A stretch of 61,945 nt of DNA, from assembly GCA_029006735.1 (NCBI GenBank), contig JAQXGN010000035.1:1-61945 (forward strand). Direction: 5' to 3'. The position numbers were made by a program, and so were the translations under genes. Below the pieces are notes generated by a model. The model had not been told where the DNA came from. It did not search any database and was given only the letters and a program-made list of their open reading frames with translations. The DNA comes from Bacillales bacterium. GTDB lineage: Bacteria > Bacillota_I > Bacilli_A > RFN20 > CAG-449. Shown here one piece after another: positions 33,129 through 42,640 of this stretch (its first letter is position 1; every line of letters starts with the position of its first letter).

Positions 33129-33515
33129 ATGAATCCAATTCAACCACCGCCAAATTATTATGGCGCACCTTATCCTAGTCCAAAAGACATGGGACCACAA
33201 TATCCAAATATGGGTCCTAACTCACCTTATCCTAGCCAAGATAATAATTTTCCTAGAGAAGATAAAAATGGCGATACAACAATGACAAGTGATGAGAATT
33301 CACAAAACTATTTTACTTACTTTTTAAAAGATAAAATTGGAAAAAATGTAAAAGTATATTGCTCATTCACCGATGCTGCAGATTGGCACGATAAAATATT
33401 TGAAGGAACAATTATCTCTTCTGGTGATGATTACATTATTCTAGACGAGAAAAATGTAAATAGAATTGTCCTAATATTAGCCGTCTATATTCATTTTATT
33501 GAGATCGACAAATAA
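33129..33515 (+). CDS. gerQ: GerQ-family spore coat protein
   Basis: P/Y/Q-rich low-complexity N-terminus, then GKNVKVYCSF...WHDKIFEGTIISSGDDYIIL...LILAVYIHFI, aligning with the recalled GerQ core GK.A.VYMTF...W..KIF.G.IEAAGRDHII...LL..IYLDYI. SD AAAGGAG. Confidence 0.85.
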   Translation: MNPIQPPPNYYGAPYPSPKDMGPQYPNMGPNSPYPSQDNNFPREDKNGDTTMTSDENSQNYFTYFLKDKIGKNVKVYCSFTDAADWHDKIFEGTIISSGDDYIILDEKNVNRIVLILAVYIHFIEIDK

Positions 33516-33517
33516 GA

Positions 33518-33569
33518 AAAACGTTCATCTAATTATAGTAAATTAATACTATAGTTTCATGAACGTTTT
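33518..33569. terminator. Long hairpin between convergent genes (likely bidirectional terminator)
   Basis: AAAACGTTCAT/ATGAACGTTTT outer stem plus AATTATAGTA/TACTATAGTT inner stem. Confidence 0.75.
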
Positions 33570-33576
33570 ATTTATT

Positions 33577-35364
33577 TTATTTATTAGATTTCATTTCTTT
33601 AAAAGACGGTACTTTTTTTGCCCCATAACCTGATTTTTTCTTATTTCGATATGCTGCAAATGGATCAGTCTTTTCTTCTTTTGGAGTGTTTGGAGTTTCT
33701 TCCACTACTTGATTTTTATTTAATTCTTTAAAAGATGGTACTTTTTTTGCTCCATATCCTTTATTTTTCTTATTACGATATTGAGCAAATGGATCATTCT
33801 TTTTAATAGGTTCATTTGTTTTTTCTTCAACGTCAAGTTTTCCTTGCTCTTTAAAGGAAGGAACTTTTGTTGCAGAATGTTTACCATGATTCATTCCTCG
33901 ATATGCAGCAAAAGGATCGTTCTTTTTAGGTTCTTCTTTACCAATATCGATTTGTGGTGCAATATCTTCTAATAAGATTTCTTCAACAACTTGTTGTTCT
34001 TCCACTTTTTCTTCTTTTATTTCTTCCTGTAAAGAATTATTCTCTTTATCATTTAAGACTTCTTCATTGTTAATATCTTTTTCTTCATTTTCTTCTACTT
34101 GTGTATTCTTTAAAATATAGTCTTCCACATCTTGAGATACGCCTGAGGAATCTTCACTAACATTTTCATCCGCTTCATATTTTTCGAAGAATAATTCATC
34201 TTCAATAGAAGGATTAACATCAGTTACATCATCTTCTTCCACAACTTCAATAACTGGTTCTTCTTCTAAAATAATATCGACATCTTCATCAGAAATATAA
34301 CGTACTTCTCTTTCTGTAATTGGTTTTGTGACTTCTTCGTTATCTTTAGTAATACCTAAATCAGTAACGCCATAACCAATTTCTTCTAAATAAGCCTTCT
34401 TTTGTCGATCAAATAATCCTTTTTTATCGTTTTCTTTATATGCGTCAATATTAGAGATTGATGTTGCTGGTGTATTTTGCTCTTCTTCGACAATAGAAAT
34501 AAAATCGTCCGCTTTTACAGAAGTTTCATCTTTATATTTTTTGTGTAATCGGTATTCAATTTTTTCCATTTTCTCAATATAACGGCGTTTAGCTAATTTA
34601 CTGCGACGTCTTGCTAATGGCTTCTTAAAGATAAGACCAATTAAGAAGAAAACTAATAACCATAAACCAAGAATGATAATTGAGCCAACAAATAATAAGA
34701 CATATTCAACCCAAGGTACATTATTTAAAAATGATGTAACTAATTTAATATACATACCCATTCTATATGTAAAGAAATCATGAATTGATGCAGGGGTTGC
34801 AATTGAAGATAAAAATGGCTCGATATATTTATTTGATATATCTAATGTTCCATTAAGTTTGGACCCATTAACTTCGCATATTACTTTATCAAAACGAATA
34901 ATAATGAATAATGCGATTAATAAAACTGGGAATATAAAAGAAATTACAGTGCCTTTAGGAAATCTACGAATAAAATTCTTCTCATCTAATTTTTCTTTTT
35001 CTAAGTTAGTTAATTGATACTTAGGTACAATTTCTCTTCTTTTTCTCTCATTCTTTTTTCTAAATACTATCGTTAATGGCCCAAAAATAGCATAATAAAT
35101 AACAATACAAATCACATTAACAATCAATAATCCAATAATTTTTACAATAACCGGATATGCTAAATAATTATTAATAGTTAATAACACACTTACTCTCCAT
35201 CCTAAGGAAAGAAGTTTTCTTCCTGCCCAAGCCATTTGAGAGATAACGATAATACTATTAATACTATCTAGATATAGTGAAAGAATTGCAAAGAAAAGAA
35301 CAACACTTTCAAACAATAAAATAAGCCCTAAAAACAATTTTTTCTTCATAATTTTATTCTCCAT
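33577..35364 (-). CDS. Hypothetical membrane protein with long acidic tail and three C-terminal repeats
   Basis: About 4 TM segments in the first 245 aa, a D/E-rich region, and three copies of DPFA.YR...KVPSFKE. Confidence 0.85.
   Translation of the reverse strand: MENKIMKKKLFLGLILLFESVVLFFAILSLYLDSINSIIVISQMAWAGRKLLSLGWRVSVLLTINNYLAYPVIVKIIGLLIVNVICIVIYYAIFGPLTIVFRKKNERKRREIVPKYQLTNLEKEKLDEKNFIRRFPKGTVISFIFPVLLIALFIIIRFDKVICEVNGSKLNGTLDISNKYIEPFLSSIATPASIHDFFTYRMGMYIKLVTSFLNNVPWVEYVLLFVGSIIILGLWLLVFFLIGLIFKKPLARRRSKLAKRRYIEKMEKIEYRLHKKYKDETSVKADDFISIVEEEQNTPATSISNIDAYKENDKKGLFDRQKKAYLEEIGYGVTDLGITKDNEEVTKPITEREVRYISDEDVDIILEEEPVIEVVEEDDVTDVNPSIEDELFFEKYEADENVSEDSSGVSQDVEDYILKNTQVEENEEKDINNEEVLNDKENNSLQEEIKEEKVEEQQVVEEILLEDIAPQIDIGKEEPKKNDPFAAYRGMNHGKHSATKVPSFKEQGKLDVEEKTNEPIKKNDPFAQYRNKKNKGYGAKKVPSFKELNKNQVVEETPNTPKEEKTDPFAAYRNKKKSGYGAKKVPSFKEMKSNK
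33595..33918 (-). repeat. Three intragenic ~24-aa repeats
   Basis: DPFAAYRGMNHGKHSATKVPSFKE / DPFAQYRNKKNKGYGAKKVPSFKE / DPFAAYRNKKKSGYGAKKVPSFKE. Confidence 0.95.
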
Positions 35365-35452
35365 AGAAATTATATTAAAATCACCCTATTTTTTCAATAT
35401 CGCTATTAAGATGAATAATACTTCAATTTTATTATGTACCAATTTAATAATA

Positions 35453-36757
35453 TTATAATGCTTTTCTTAAATACATTTCTTCAATCTCATATTTTCCATT
35501 TATATATCGGCCATAATCTTTGTAATTTGATTCAGGATCTGATAAATATATCGTTCTTTCTTCATCTTTTTTTATTACTGCAGCATATTCTTGATCAATT
35601 AGTTTTTCTTGATACAAAGATAAATCTCCCTTCAAAGTTAAATAGAGGTTCATATAAGTCAAATCAACTAATTTTTTCTTAGATACAATACTTGAAATAG
35701 TAAATGTTTCATTATTATATCCTTCCTTATAATCATAATACAAAGAACGATTTATTACCTGATTGTCATGTATAAATGAATAAAAATTTGTATTATTATT
35801 TACACCAAATGTTCTAATTTGAGATACGTTGCATGCTCCACTAGAAGACACTATACCAACAGGAAAAACTTTATTGGTTTTATCATAGATAATGATATTA
35901 TTTTCATCAACAAATGAATCACTCATAAAGATAATTTCTCCTGTTTCTGCATAAAAATACCCTTTTGTTAGATTTGCATTAATAAAATCTTGATATACTT
36001 CTTGTAAATAATAACTATTGAATAAAGAGTTTAAATCTAGGTAATTTGCTTCTAAGGATAAATCATCAACTAAAGAAACTACTTCTTGATCAACATTTAA
36101 TGTTGCATAATATTTGTCATCTTCTTTATCTAATTTTAATTTCAAATTATTTTCTTTTTTACAAGCTTGTTTAATTAACTCTAAATCCGCTTTATTTTTA
36201 TTGTCTAATAAAGGATCAATATTCTTATTTAAACTATAATTTAATGTAAAATTTGTTTTCCAAAAACTATTTATTAACCCAGAATATAAAGAATAAGTTT
36301 CATTTAAATTCGTTTTATCTAAAGCATCAGATAAGATATTATATAATCTTTCTTCGATTTCAATTTTTTCATTAATATGATTGTTTATATAGGAAATCCC
36401 TTTTGTTTTATAATTATAATCCGGTGTTGAATCAATAAGTGAATAAACCTTTTTTGCTTTTTGAATAAATAAATCCCTTACTAGTTTATTAGTATTTTTG
36501 ACTTGTGCTTTATCCCCATCAACATAATACATTAATCGAATATCATTATTATATCCAATATAATCATTATCATTATATAATGATAAATCAAAATTTACCC
36601 AACCAGAATTCTCTAATCCTTTAGTTGAGCAAGAATAAACGCCAAAGCCAATCGCACCAATTGCAATTATAAAAGAAACGACAAAAATAACTATACGTAA
36701 AGGTATATGTTTATCACTAATATTTAGTTTAATGTCTTCGTTTTTTTTCTTTTTCAT
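35453..36757 (-). CDS. Membrane-anchored, divergent ApbE (flavin transferase)-like protein
   Basis: N-terminal TM. ISYINNHINEKIEIEERLYNILSDALD...YSG.I..FW and LDLNSLFNSY...L..G follow the ApbE pattern, but the DLG(A/G)IAKG motif is degenerate. Confidence 0.55.
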   Translation of the reverse strand: MKKKKNEDIKLNISDKHIPLRIVIFVVSFIIAIGAIGFGVYSCSTKGLENSGWVNFDLSLYNDNDYIGYNNDIRLMYYVDGDKAQVKNTNKLVRDLFIQKAKKVYSLIDSTPDYNYKTKGISYINNHINEKIEIEERLYNILSDALDKTNLNETYSLYSGLINSFWKTNFTLNYSLNKNIDPLLDNKNKADLELIKQACKKENNLKLKLDKEDDKYYATLNVDQEVVSLVDDLSLEANYLDLNSLFNSYYLQEVYQDFINANLTKGYFYAETGEIIFMSDSFVDENNIIIYDKTNKVFPVGIVSSSGACNVSQIRTFGVNNNTNFYSFIHDNQVINRSLYYDYKEGYNNETFTISSIVSKKKLVDLTYMNLYLTLKGDLSLYQEKLIDQEYAAVIKKDEERTIYLSDPESNYKDYGRYINGKYEIEEMYLRKAL

Positions 36758-36772
36758 ACTTTAATAAAATTA

Positions 36773-36796
36773 AAGCGTACGAATAAAAGTACGCTT
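36773..36796 (-). terminator. Hairpin after oppF
   Basis: AAGCGTAC/GTACGCTT stem followed by an imperfect T-tract. Confidence 0.6.
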
Positions 36797-36809
36797 AGTA
36801 AAACTTATT

Positions 36810-37757
36810 TTAGCTATTTCTTTCTTTAATATATTTTTCAATTTCACTTTTACTACCAAAAACAAAATGTTCATTACCAATATTAACTAATTCTGGTTCT
36901 TCACAAGAATAATCATGAATTGATGGATCATAGACGAATAATGTTTTATTTTTTTCAATCAAAGGATCTGGAACAGGGATTGCCGAAATCAATGATTTCG
37001 TATATGGATGTAAAGGATGTAAGAATAATTCTTCTGATGTTGCAACTTCAACAATTCGGCCTTTATGAATAACTGCGATTCGATCCGAAATAAAGCGAAC
37101 AATTGATAAATCGTGTGCAATAAACAAGTAAGTAATTCCTTTCTCTACTTGGAATTTTTTTAATAAATTTAATACTTGTGCACGAATAGAAACATCTAAT
37201 GCGGAAATAGGTTCATCTGCAATAATGAGTTCTGGTTCCATAACAATTGCTCTTGCTAATCCAACACGTTGACGTTGTCCACCAGAAAATTCATGTGGAT
37301 AACGAGTTAAGTGTTCAGGAAGCAAACCTACTTCTTTAATAACTTTTTCAATTTTCTCAATACGTTCTTTTTCATTTTTATATAAATGGAAATTATATAA
37401 ACCTTCAGAAATAATATATTCAATAGTTGCTCTTTCATTTAATGATGCTGCAGGATCTTGGAATACCATTTGTATGTGACGAATAACATTTCTTTCTTCT
37501 TTTTCAGATATTTTTCCTGATATTCTATTCCCATGGAAAAGAATCTCTCCTTTAGCACAAGGATTAATACGCATAATCGCACGTCCTATTGTAGTTTTTC
37601 CCGAACCCGATTCTCCAACAATAGAAAATGTTTCTCCTTTATATATATCAAACGATGCATTTGTTACTGCTCTAAAAGCGTTTTTCCCTCTTCCAAAGAC
37701 TATATCAACATTCTTGACAGATAGAAGGACTTCTTTTTCAACTTTATTATTTTCCAT
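36810..37757 (-). CDS. oppF: Oligopeptide ABC transporter ATPase OppF/AmiF
   Basis: [37 protein letters not shown]. Confidence 0.95.
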   Translation of the reverse strand: MENNKVEKEVLLSVKNVDIVFGRGKNAFRAVTNASFDIYKGETFSIVGESGSGKTTIGRAIMRINPCAKGEILFHGNRISGKISEKEERNVIRHIQMVFQDPAASLNERATIEYIISEGLYNFHLYKNEKERIEKIEKVIKEVGLLPEHLTRYPHEFSGGQRQRVGLARAIVMEPELIIADEPISALDVSIRAQVLNLLKKFQVEKGITYLFIAHDLSIVRFISDRIAVIHKGRIVEVATSEELFLHPLHPYTKSLISAIPVPDPLIEKNKTLFVYDPSIHDYSCEEPELVNIGNEHFVFGSKSEIEKYIKERNS

Positions 37758-37767
37758 AGTAATCCTC

Positions 37768-39519
37768 CTAATTCTTTTGATTATAAACACTATTTAATAG
37801 TGTTTCATGTAAGTTTTGAATGTTCTTTGGTTTTTCTACTTTTGGTGCTCGTGGATCACATAACCATGTTTTTGCAAAGTGAGTTTCACTTATTTTAAAC
37901 ATTGGAGGTTCTTTGACTAAATCAACTTTCATACAATATGGATTACGTGGAGCAAAAGCATCACCAACAATTTTATTGTATAAAGAAGGTGGAGTTCCCT
38001 CAATAGAATAAAGTTTTTCACCAATAACTGATAGTTGTGGTAATGAAGAAAGTAATGCCCAAGTATAAGGATGTTTTGGATCATAGAATATTTCTTCAAC
38101 TAATCCATATTCAATTACTTGACCTGCATATAAAACTGCAACTCTTTCTGCAACATTCGCAACAACACCTAAGTCGTGAGTAATATATACTGTAGTAAAC
38201 TTATATTCGTTTTGTAACTTCTTAATCAATTTTAATATTTGTGCTTGAATAGTAACATCGAGTGCAGTTGTTGGTTCATCACAAATTAAAATCTTTGGAC
38301 GACATGATAACGCAATCGCGATAACAATTCTTTGTCGCATACCGCCTGAATATTGGAAAGGATAATCATCAAATCTTTTTTCAGGGTTAGTAATACCTAC
38401 ATCACGCATAATTTCGATTGCCTTTTCTTTTGCAACTCCCAAAGAAACATGTTGATGTTTAATAATAACGTTAGTAATTTGTTTACCAATTGTAATAATT
38501 GGGTTTAAAGATGTCATTGGATCTTGGAATACTGTTGCAATTCTTGTGCCACGAATCTTTTGCCAATCACGTGGATTATCAACTTTTGCTAAATTAATAA
38601 TTGCTTTGCCATGTAAAGAACCATCTTCTAATGTTTCTAAGTATTCTACATGAAAACAACAAGTATTAAAAATCTCATGTACATTATCTTTATTTGATAA
38701 ATCAACGCCTCTAATCATTGATTTTTTGAATTGTCTTAATATCTTAAAAGCATATGTGAATTGTTGAGAAAAAGAATATCTGCTTGTAGATAATAATATT
38801 TCTTTTGCAAAGATTTCATTTCTTGTAATGCAAGAATTATTTACATCTTTTTTATATGCTTCTTTTAATTCTGCTTTTAAAGATTTTAATGTTGATGAAT
38901 AGTATTTTTGGAATTCAACATCTTTTTTATATGCGGCTTTTTTATTTTTTGCTAATACAATTATAGACTTATCTAATGTTTTAATTTCCTTTTTTAAAAT
39001 AGCAATCTCTTTTTTAAGATTAACAATTATTTCTTTATCTTTTGATTTATCATAAAGCATTATTTCATTTTGTTTTTCGACAATTTGATTATTCTTTACT
39101 TGAATCTCTTTTAAAATAGGTTCTTTTTCTTCTTCTTGAAGATTAATCTTAAAAAGCCTTTCCTTTTTTAAATCACTAATTTTTTGATAAAGTGTAGCTC
39201 CATTTTCAAAATGAGAATACTTATTCAATTGTTTATGAATAAATAATAGAAATTTGTTATTCACTTTTGCATGAGTATCAGATAATTCATCATCATTTAA
39301 GAAAATATCCCCTGCAGAAATGAAACCATTAGAATCATTCATACCAGAAAATGTTTTTGTTAAAACTGACTTACCTGATCCAGATTCACCAACGATTGCG
39401 ATAGTTTCTCCATCATATATATCTAAGTCGACACCTCTAATCGCGGTTAAGAATCTTCCTCTAACTTTAAATTTTAATTCTACACCTCTTAGAGATAATA
39501 ATGTTTTTCTATTTTCCAT
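37768..39519 (-). CDS. oppD: Oligopeptide ABC transporter ATPase OppD/AmiE with large insertion
   Basis: [52 protein letters not shown]. Confidence 0.95.
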   Translation of the reverse strand: MENRKTLLSLRGVELKFKVRGRFLTAIRGVDLDIYDGETIAIVGESGSGKSVLTKTFSGMNDSNGFISAGDIFLNDDELSDTHAKVNNKFLLFIHKQLNKYSHFENGATLYQKISDLKKERLFKINLQEEEKEPILKEIQVKNNQIVEKQNEIMLYDKSKDKEIIVNLKKEIAILKKEIKTLDKSIIVLAKNKKAAYKKDVEFQKYYSSTLKSLKAELKEAYKKDVNNSCITRNEIFAKEILLSTSRYSFSQQFTYAFKILRQFKKSMIRGVDLSNKDNVHEIFNTCCFHVEYLETLEDGSLHGKAIINLAKVDNPRDWQKIRGTRIATVFQDPMTSLNPIITIGKQITNVIIKHQHVSLGVAKEKAIEIMRDVGITNPEKRFDDYPFQYSGGMRQRIVIAIALSCRPKILICDEPTTALDVTIQAQILKLIKKLQNEYKFTTVYITHDLGVVANVAERVAVLYAGQVIEYGLVEEIFYDPKHPYTWALLSSLPQLSVIGEKLYSIEGTPPSLYNKIVGDAFAPRNPYCMKVDLVKEPPMFKISETHFAKTWLCDPRAPKVEKPKNIQNLHETLLNSVYNQKN

Positions 39520-39533
39520 ACTCTTATTACCTC

Positions 39534-40511
39534 CTATGACATATGTGTTCTTGGATCTGAAGCATCACCAACATTTTGACCAACAACGTATAAAACAACT
39601 GAAATTATCGCAGAAACAATAACTGCTGGCCAGAATCTCCATGGAGATGACATCCATACTTTTTGTCCATCATTAATCATACGACCAAGAGAAGGAATAT
39701 TCGCAGATAAACCAACGTTAATATATGATAAGAATACTTCATAAGAAATATATGATGGTAATTCAGATGCAAGTAATGTAACAATAACTGAAATCATAAA
39801 TGGAAGAATATTTTTAAAGACAATTGTAAAAATATTTGTTCCTAAGCATCTTGAAGCTAAATTATATTCTCTATCACGAATGATGATAACTTGCGTACGA
39901 ATAAAATATGCAATTCCGAGCCAACCAGTGATTGATAAAGCTAAAACAAAGCTCCAAAAACCTGTACCAATAATATATGCTAAAACTGTAATTAATAAAA
40001 TATAAGGGATATTACCAATGATGTTATAAATTTGATTCATAATAGTATCAAATGTTTTTGATAATCCCCAAACTGCACCGAGAATAACACCAATTGTCAT
40101 ATTAATAATTGTACAAATTGAAGATAATGCAAGTGATGTTCTTGAACCAGTCCATAAATAATCAAAAACAGATCCACCACCACCATCAGTACCGAATATC
40201 CACGATAATTTAAATCCAAACATTTTAATTGCGTTAATTGGACTTAAATTAAATGAATCTAAGTTAGATACATTTGGATTGTGTTCTGGTCCACCTGGAG
40301 AAATCATTGGATAGAATATTGACATAACAATAATAACTGCAAGTAAAGCTAAAAATACCCAGTTAGATTTTTTTCTAAAGAATACTCTACCTACTGATTT
40401 CCAATATGAATATCTAGGAGCAGTAATTTTTTCTGAATCAGAAGATGATTGAGGCACTAAAACAAATAAATCATCTAAGCCATCATTCATCATAATGCTT
40501 TGATTTTCCAT
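39534..40511 (-). CDS. oppC: Oligopeptide ABC permease OppC/AmiD
   Basis: YSYWKSV, FGTD, RDREYNLASRCLG, DASDPRTH. Confidence 0.95.
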   Translation of the reverse strand: MENQSIMMNDGLDDLFVLVPQSSSDSEKITAPRYSYWKSVGRVFFRKKSNWVFLALLAVIIVMSIFYPMISPGGPEHNPNVSNLDSFNLSPINAIKMFGFKLSWIFGTDGGGGSVFDYLWTGSRTSLALSSICTIINMTIGVILGAVWGLSKTFDTIMNQIYNIIGNIPYILLITVLAYIIGTGFWSFVLALSITGWLGIAYFIRTQVIIIRDREYNLASRCLGTNIFTIVFKNILPFMISVIVTLLASELPSYISYEVFLSYINVGLSANIPSLGRMINDGQKVWMSSPWRFWPAVIVSAIISVVLYVVGQNVGDASDPRTHMS

Positions 40512-42490
40512 TATTTTCTACCTCCTGTAAATGAAATTCTAGGATCAACAATAGTCAACATAATATCACCAAGAATTAATGATGTAATTGAAAGAATTGA
40601 ATAAAAGAATGTTAATCCTAAAATAGTACCATTATTGTGTTCTTGAATTGCTGTTGTTAATAATCCACCAGTACCTGGAACACCATAAACACTTTCTGTA
40701 ATAAAAGCGCCACCAAGACAACCAATAATTGCACCTGGAATACCATGAACAATAGGAATCATCGCATTCTTTGCAATGTGTTTTGTAAATATTTCACCAT
40801 CACTTAAGCCTTGAGATTTAGCAAATTTAACATAATCTGAATTTGATTGGTCAATCATATATCTTCTTACCCATCTCATTTCACCTGCAAGAGAAGGTAA
40901 TACTAAGGAAATAACTGGTAAAACATAATATAACCATCCAGTGCCTTCAGCAAAACTTGTTGGGAGATTTAATAATCGTCCAAGTGATCTAAAGATGTAA
41001 ATGTAAGCAAGTGAAGGAACTGCAATCATAAAGATAATATAACCAATACCTAATTTATCTGCTAATCTATCTTTTTTTCGTGCCATTAATATACCTAAAG
41101 GAATACCGACAAAATAAGCAATTATTGTCGCTGCAATACCCATAATAAATGAGTATCCGACTTTAGGCATTTTATTATAATAAGAAATACAATTCATATA
41201 ACGATCGCCAAATAAAGCATATTCTTGTTCATTAATTAATAAAGAAGAATTAAATGATGCAGTATGGAAATTATATGCTGATTCGCTATATTCATCTGTC
41301 CCTAATTGAGTTGGGTATTGTTGTTCCTTAGTAACTAATGCCCCTTGACCTTCATTAGAAAAGATAACATCTGTTACATTTTGTCCTTTAGTAGGACCAG
41401 ATAATGATGTTCCTAAACTAAAATGAATAAAGTTTTGATGAATAAATGGGAATTGATCATCAAAATATAATAAATATTTATGTGTAGTACCGCTTCCGAC
41501 AATCGCAGGCATATGCGAATATTCATCCCAAATTAATTTAATGCCCTTTTCTTTAATAGGAAATTCATCGCCACGAGAAAATACTGTAAAATTATTAACA
41601 TAGGTGCTTAAAACAGCTGCATCAGATTCATAATGAGGATTCTTATTTTCATCATAATCACAATAGCATATAAAACGATATTCACCTGCCCCTGTAGTAA
41701 TAACTTGATTATTTTCAAAAACTAAAGAAACATTTTTATCTTTATCAATGTAAGCAATATTCCAAAAGAAATAACCATCAGAATCTAAATTATCTTCTGT
41801 AATACTCATATTAATAAAATAAGCCATTTCTGTATCTGTTCTTGGGCTAACAATCTCTTCATTTGAAGATAATTTGAAAGAATTTGCTCCCCAATATTGA
41901 TTGAAATTTTCCCATTCATTGATGTCGCTAACTAAATAGTATCCTTTGCCTGGTACAGCACCATTTTCTTCAACCATTTTATCAACATCATTTACTGTTT
42001 CAAAAGAAAACATGTTTTTAAAGAATTTACCAATACGAATAAATGGATTGCTATCTTTATAAGCATATAGATATGGTTGGCAACCATTTTTAATATCTCC
42101 ACGTCTATCATAATCAGCTACTAATCTTTTAACTGTATATCCTTTTGACTCGCAATATGATGAAAACTTTGCAATATATGGATTATTTTCATCATCTTCT
42201 TGATCATTAGGAATAAATAAAGCATCAGATAATTCCCTATCAGTTAAATCATCGCCATATTCACTAACAACAAAATCAGAAAAAGTTATTAAATCTATGT
42301 AATCGTATTTTTCATATTGACTATCTTTGTAGTACTCTAAGTCATTTTCACGTAATTTGGAAATATTTTGATCTCCATTAAAAATGACATCTCTTTTTGT
42401 AAAAGTAAATAGTAATAAAATCATTACAAAAACGATGCAAACAAGAGAAAAGATTGAAAATAATATTCTCTTCAATAGATATTTTCTCAT
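40511..42490 (-). CDS. oppB: Oligopeptide ABC permease OppB/AmiC with enlarged extracellular region
   Basis: MRKYLLKR start, HKYLLYFD..FPFIHQNF (AmiC-like), RRYMIDQ..SDYVKFA, DPRIS. Confidence 0.93.
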   Translation of the reverse strand: MRKYLLKRILFSIFSLVCIVFVMILLLFTFTKRDVIFNGDQNISKLRENDLEYYKDSQYEKYDYIDLITFSDFVVSEYGDDLTDRELSDALFIPNDQEDDENNPYIAKFSSYCESKGYTVKRLVADYDRRGDIKNGCQPYLYAYKDSNPFIRIGKFFKNMFSFETVNDVDKMVEENGAVPGKGYYLVSDINEWENFNQYWGANSFKLSSNEEIVSPRTDTEMAYFINMSITEDNLDSDGYFFWNIAYIDKDKNVSLVFENNQVITTGAGEYRFICYCDYDENKNPHYESDAAVLSTYVNNFTVFSRGDEFPIKEKGIKLIWDEYSHMPAIVGSGTTHKYLLYFDDQFPFIHQNFIHFSLGTSLSGPTKGQNVTDVIFSNEGQGALVTKEQQYPTQLGTDEYSESAYNFHTASFNSSLLINEQEYALFGDRYMNCISYYNKMPKVGYSFIMGIAATIIAYFVGIPLGILMARKKDRLADKLGIGYIIFMIAVPSLAYIYIFRSLGRLLNLPTSFAEGTGWLYYVLPVISLVLPSLAGEMRWVRRYMIDQSNSDYVKFAKSQGLSDGEIFTKHIAKNAMIPIVHGIPGAIIGCLGGAFITESVYGVPGTGGLLTTAIQEHNNGTILGLTFFYSILSITSLILGDIMLTIVDPRISFTGGRK

Positions 42491-42594
42491 ACTTATCCTC
42501 CTTTTTATCACTATAGATTTTAATATAATAAAAATCTATTGTCTATAATTCCTTAAAAAATAAATAATTAATGGTCTATTATAGCCAAATAATG

Positions 42595-42621
42595 AAAAAT
42601 GGGAGAATAAATTCTCCCATT
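42595..42621 (-). terminator. Intrinsic terminator between oppA and oppB
   Basis: Perfect stem AATGGGAGAAT/ATTCTCCCATT plus T-run. Confidence 0.85.
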
Positions 42622-42640
42622 ATTATTCATTAATCAAATA

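Noticed and set aside
33595-33918. CRISPR-like repeat/spacer array
   Set aside because: The repeats are degenerate at DNA level, in frame, conserved as protein, and no cas genes are present.
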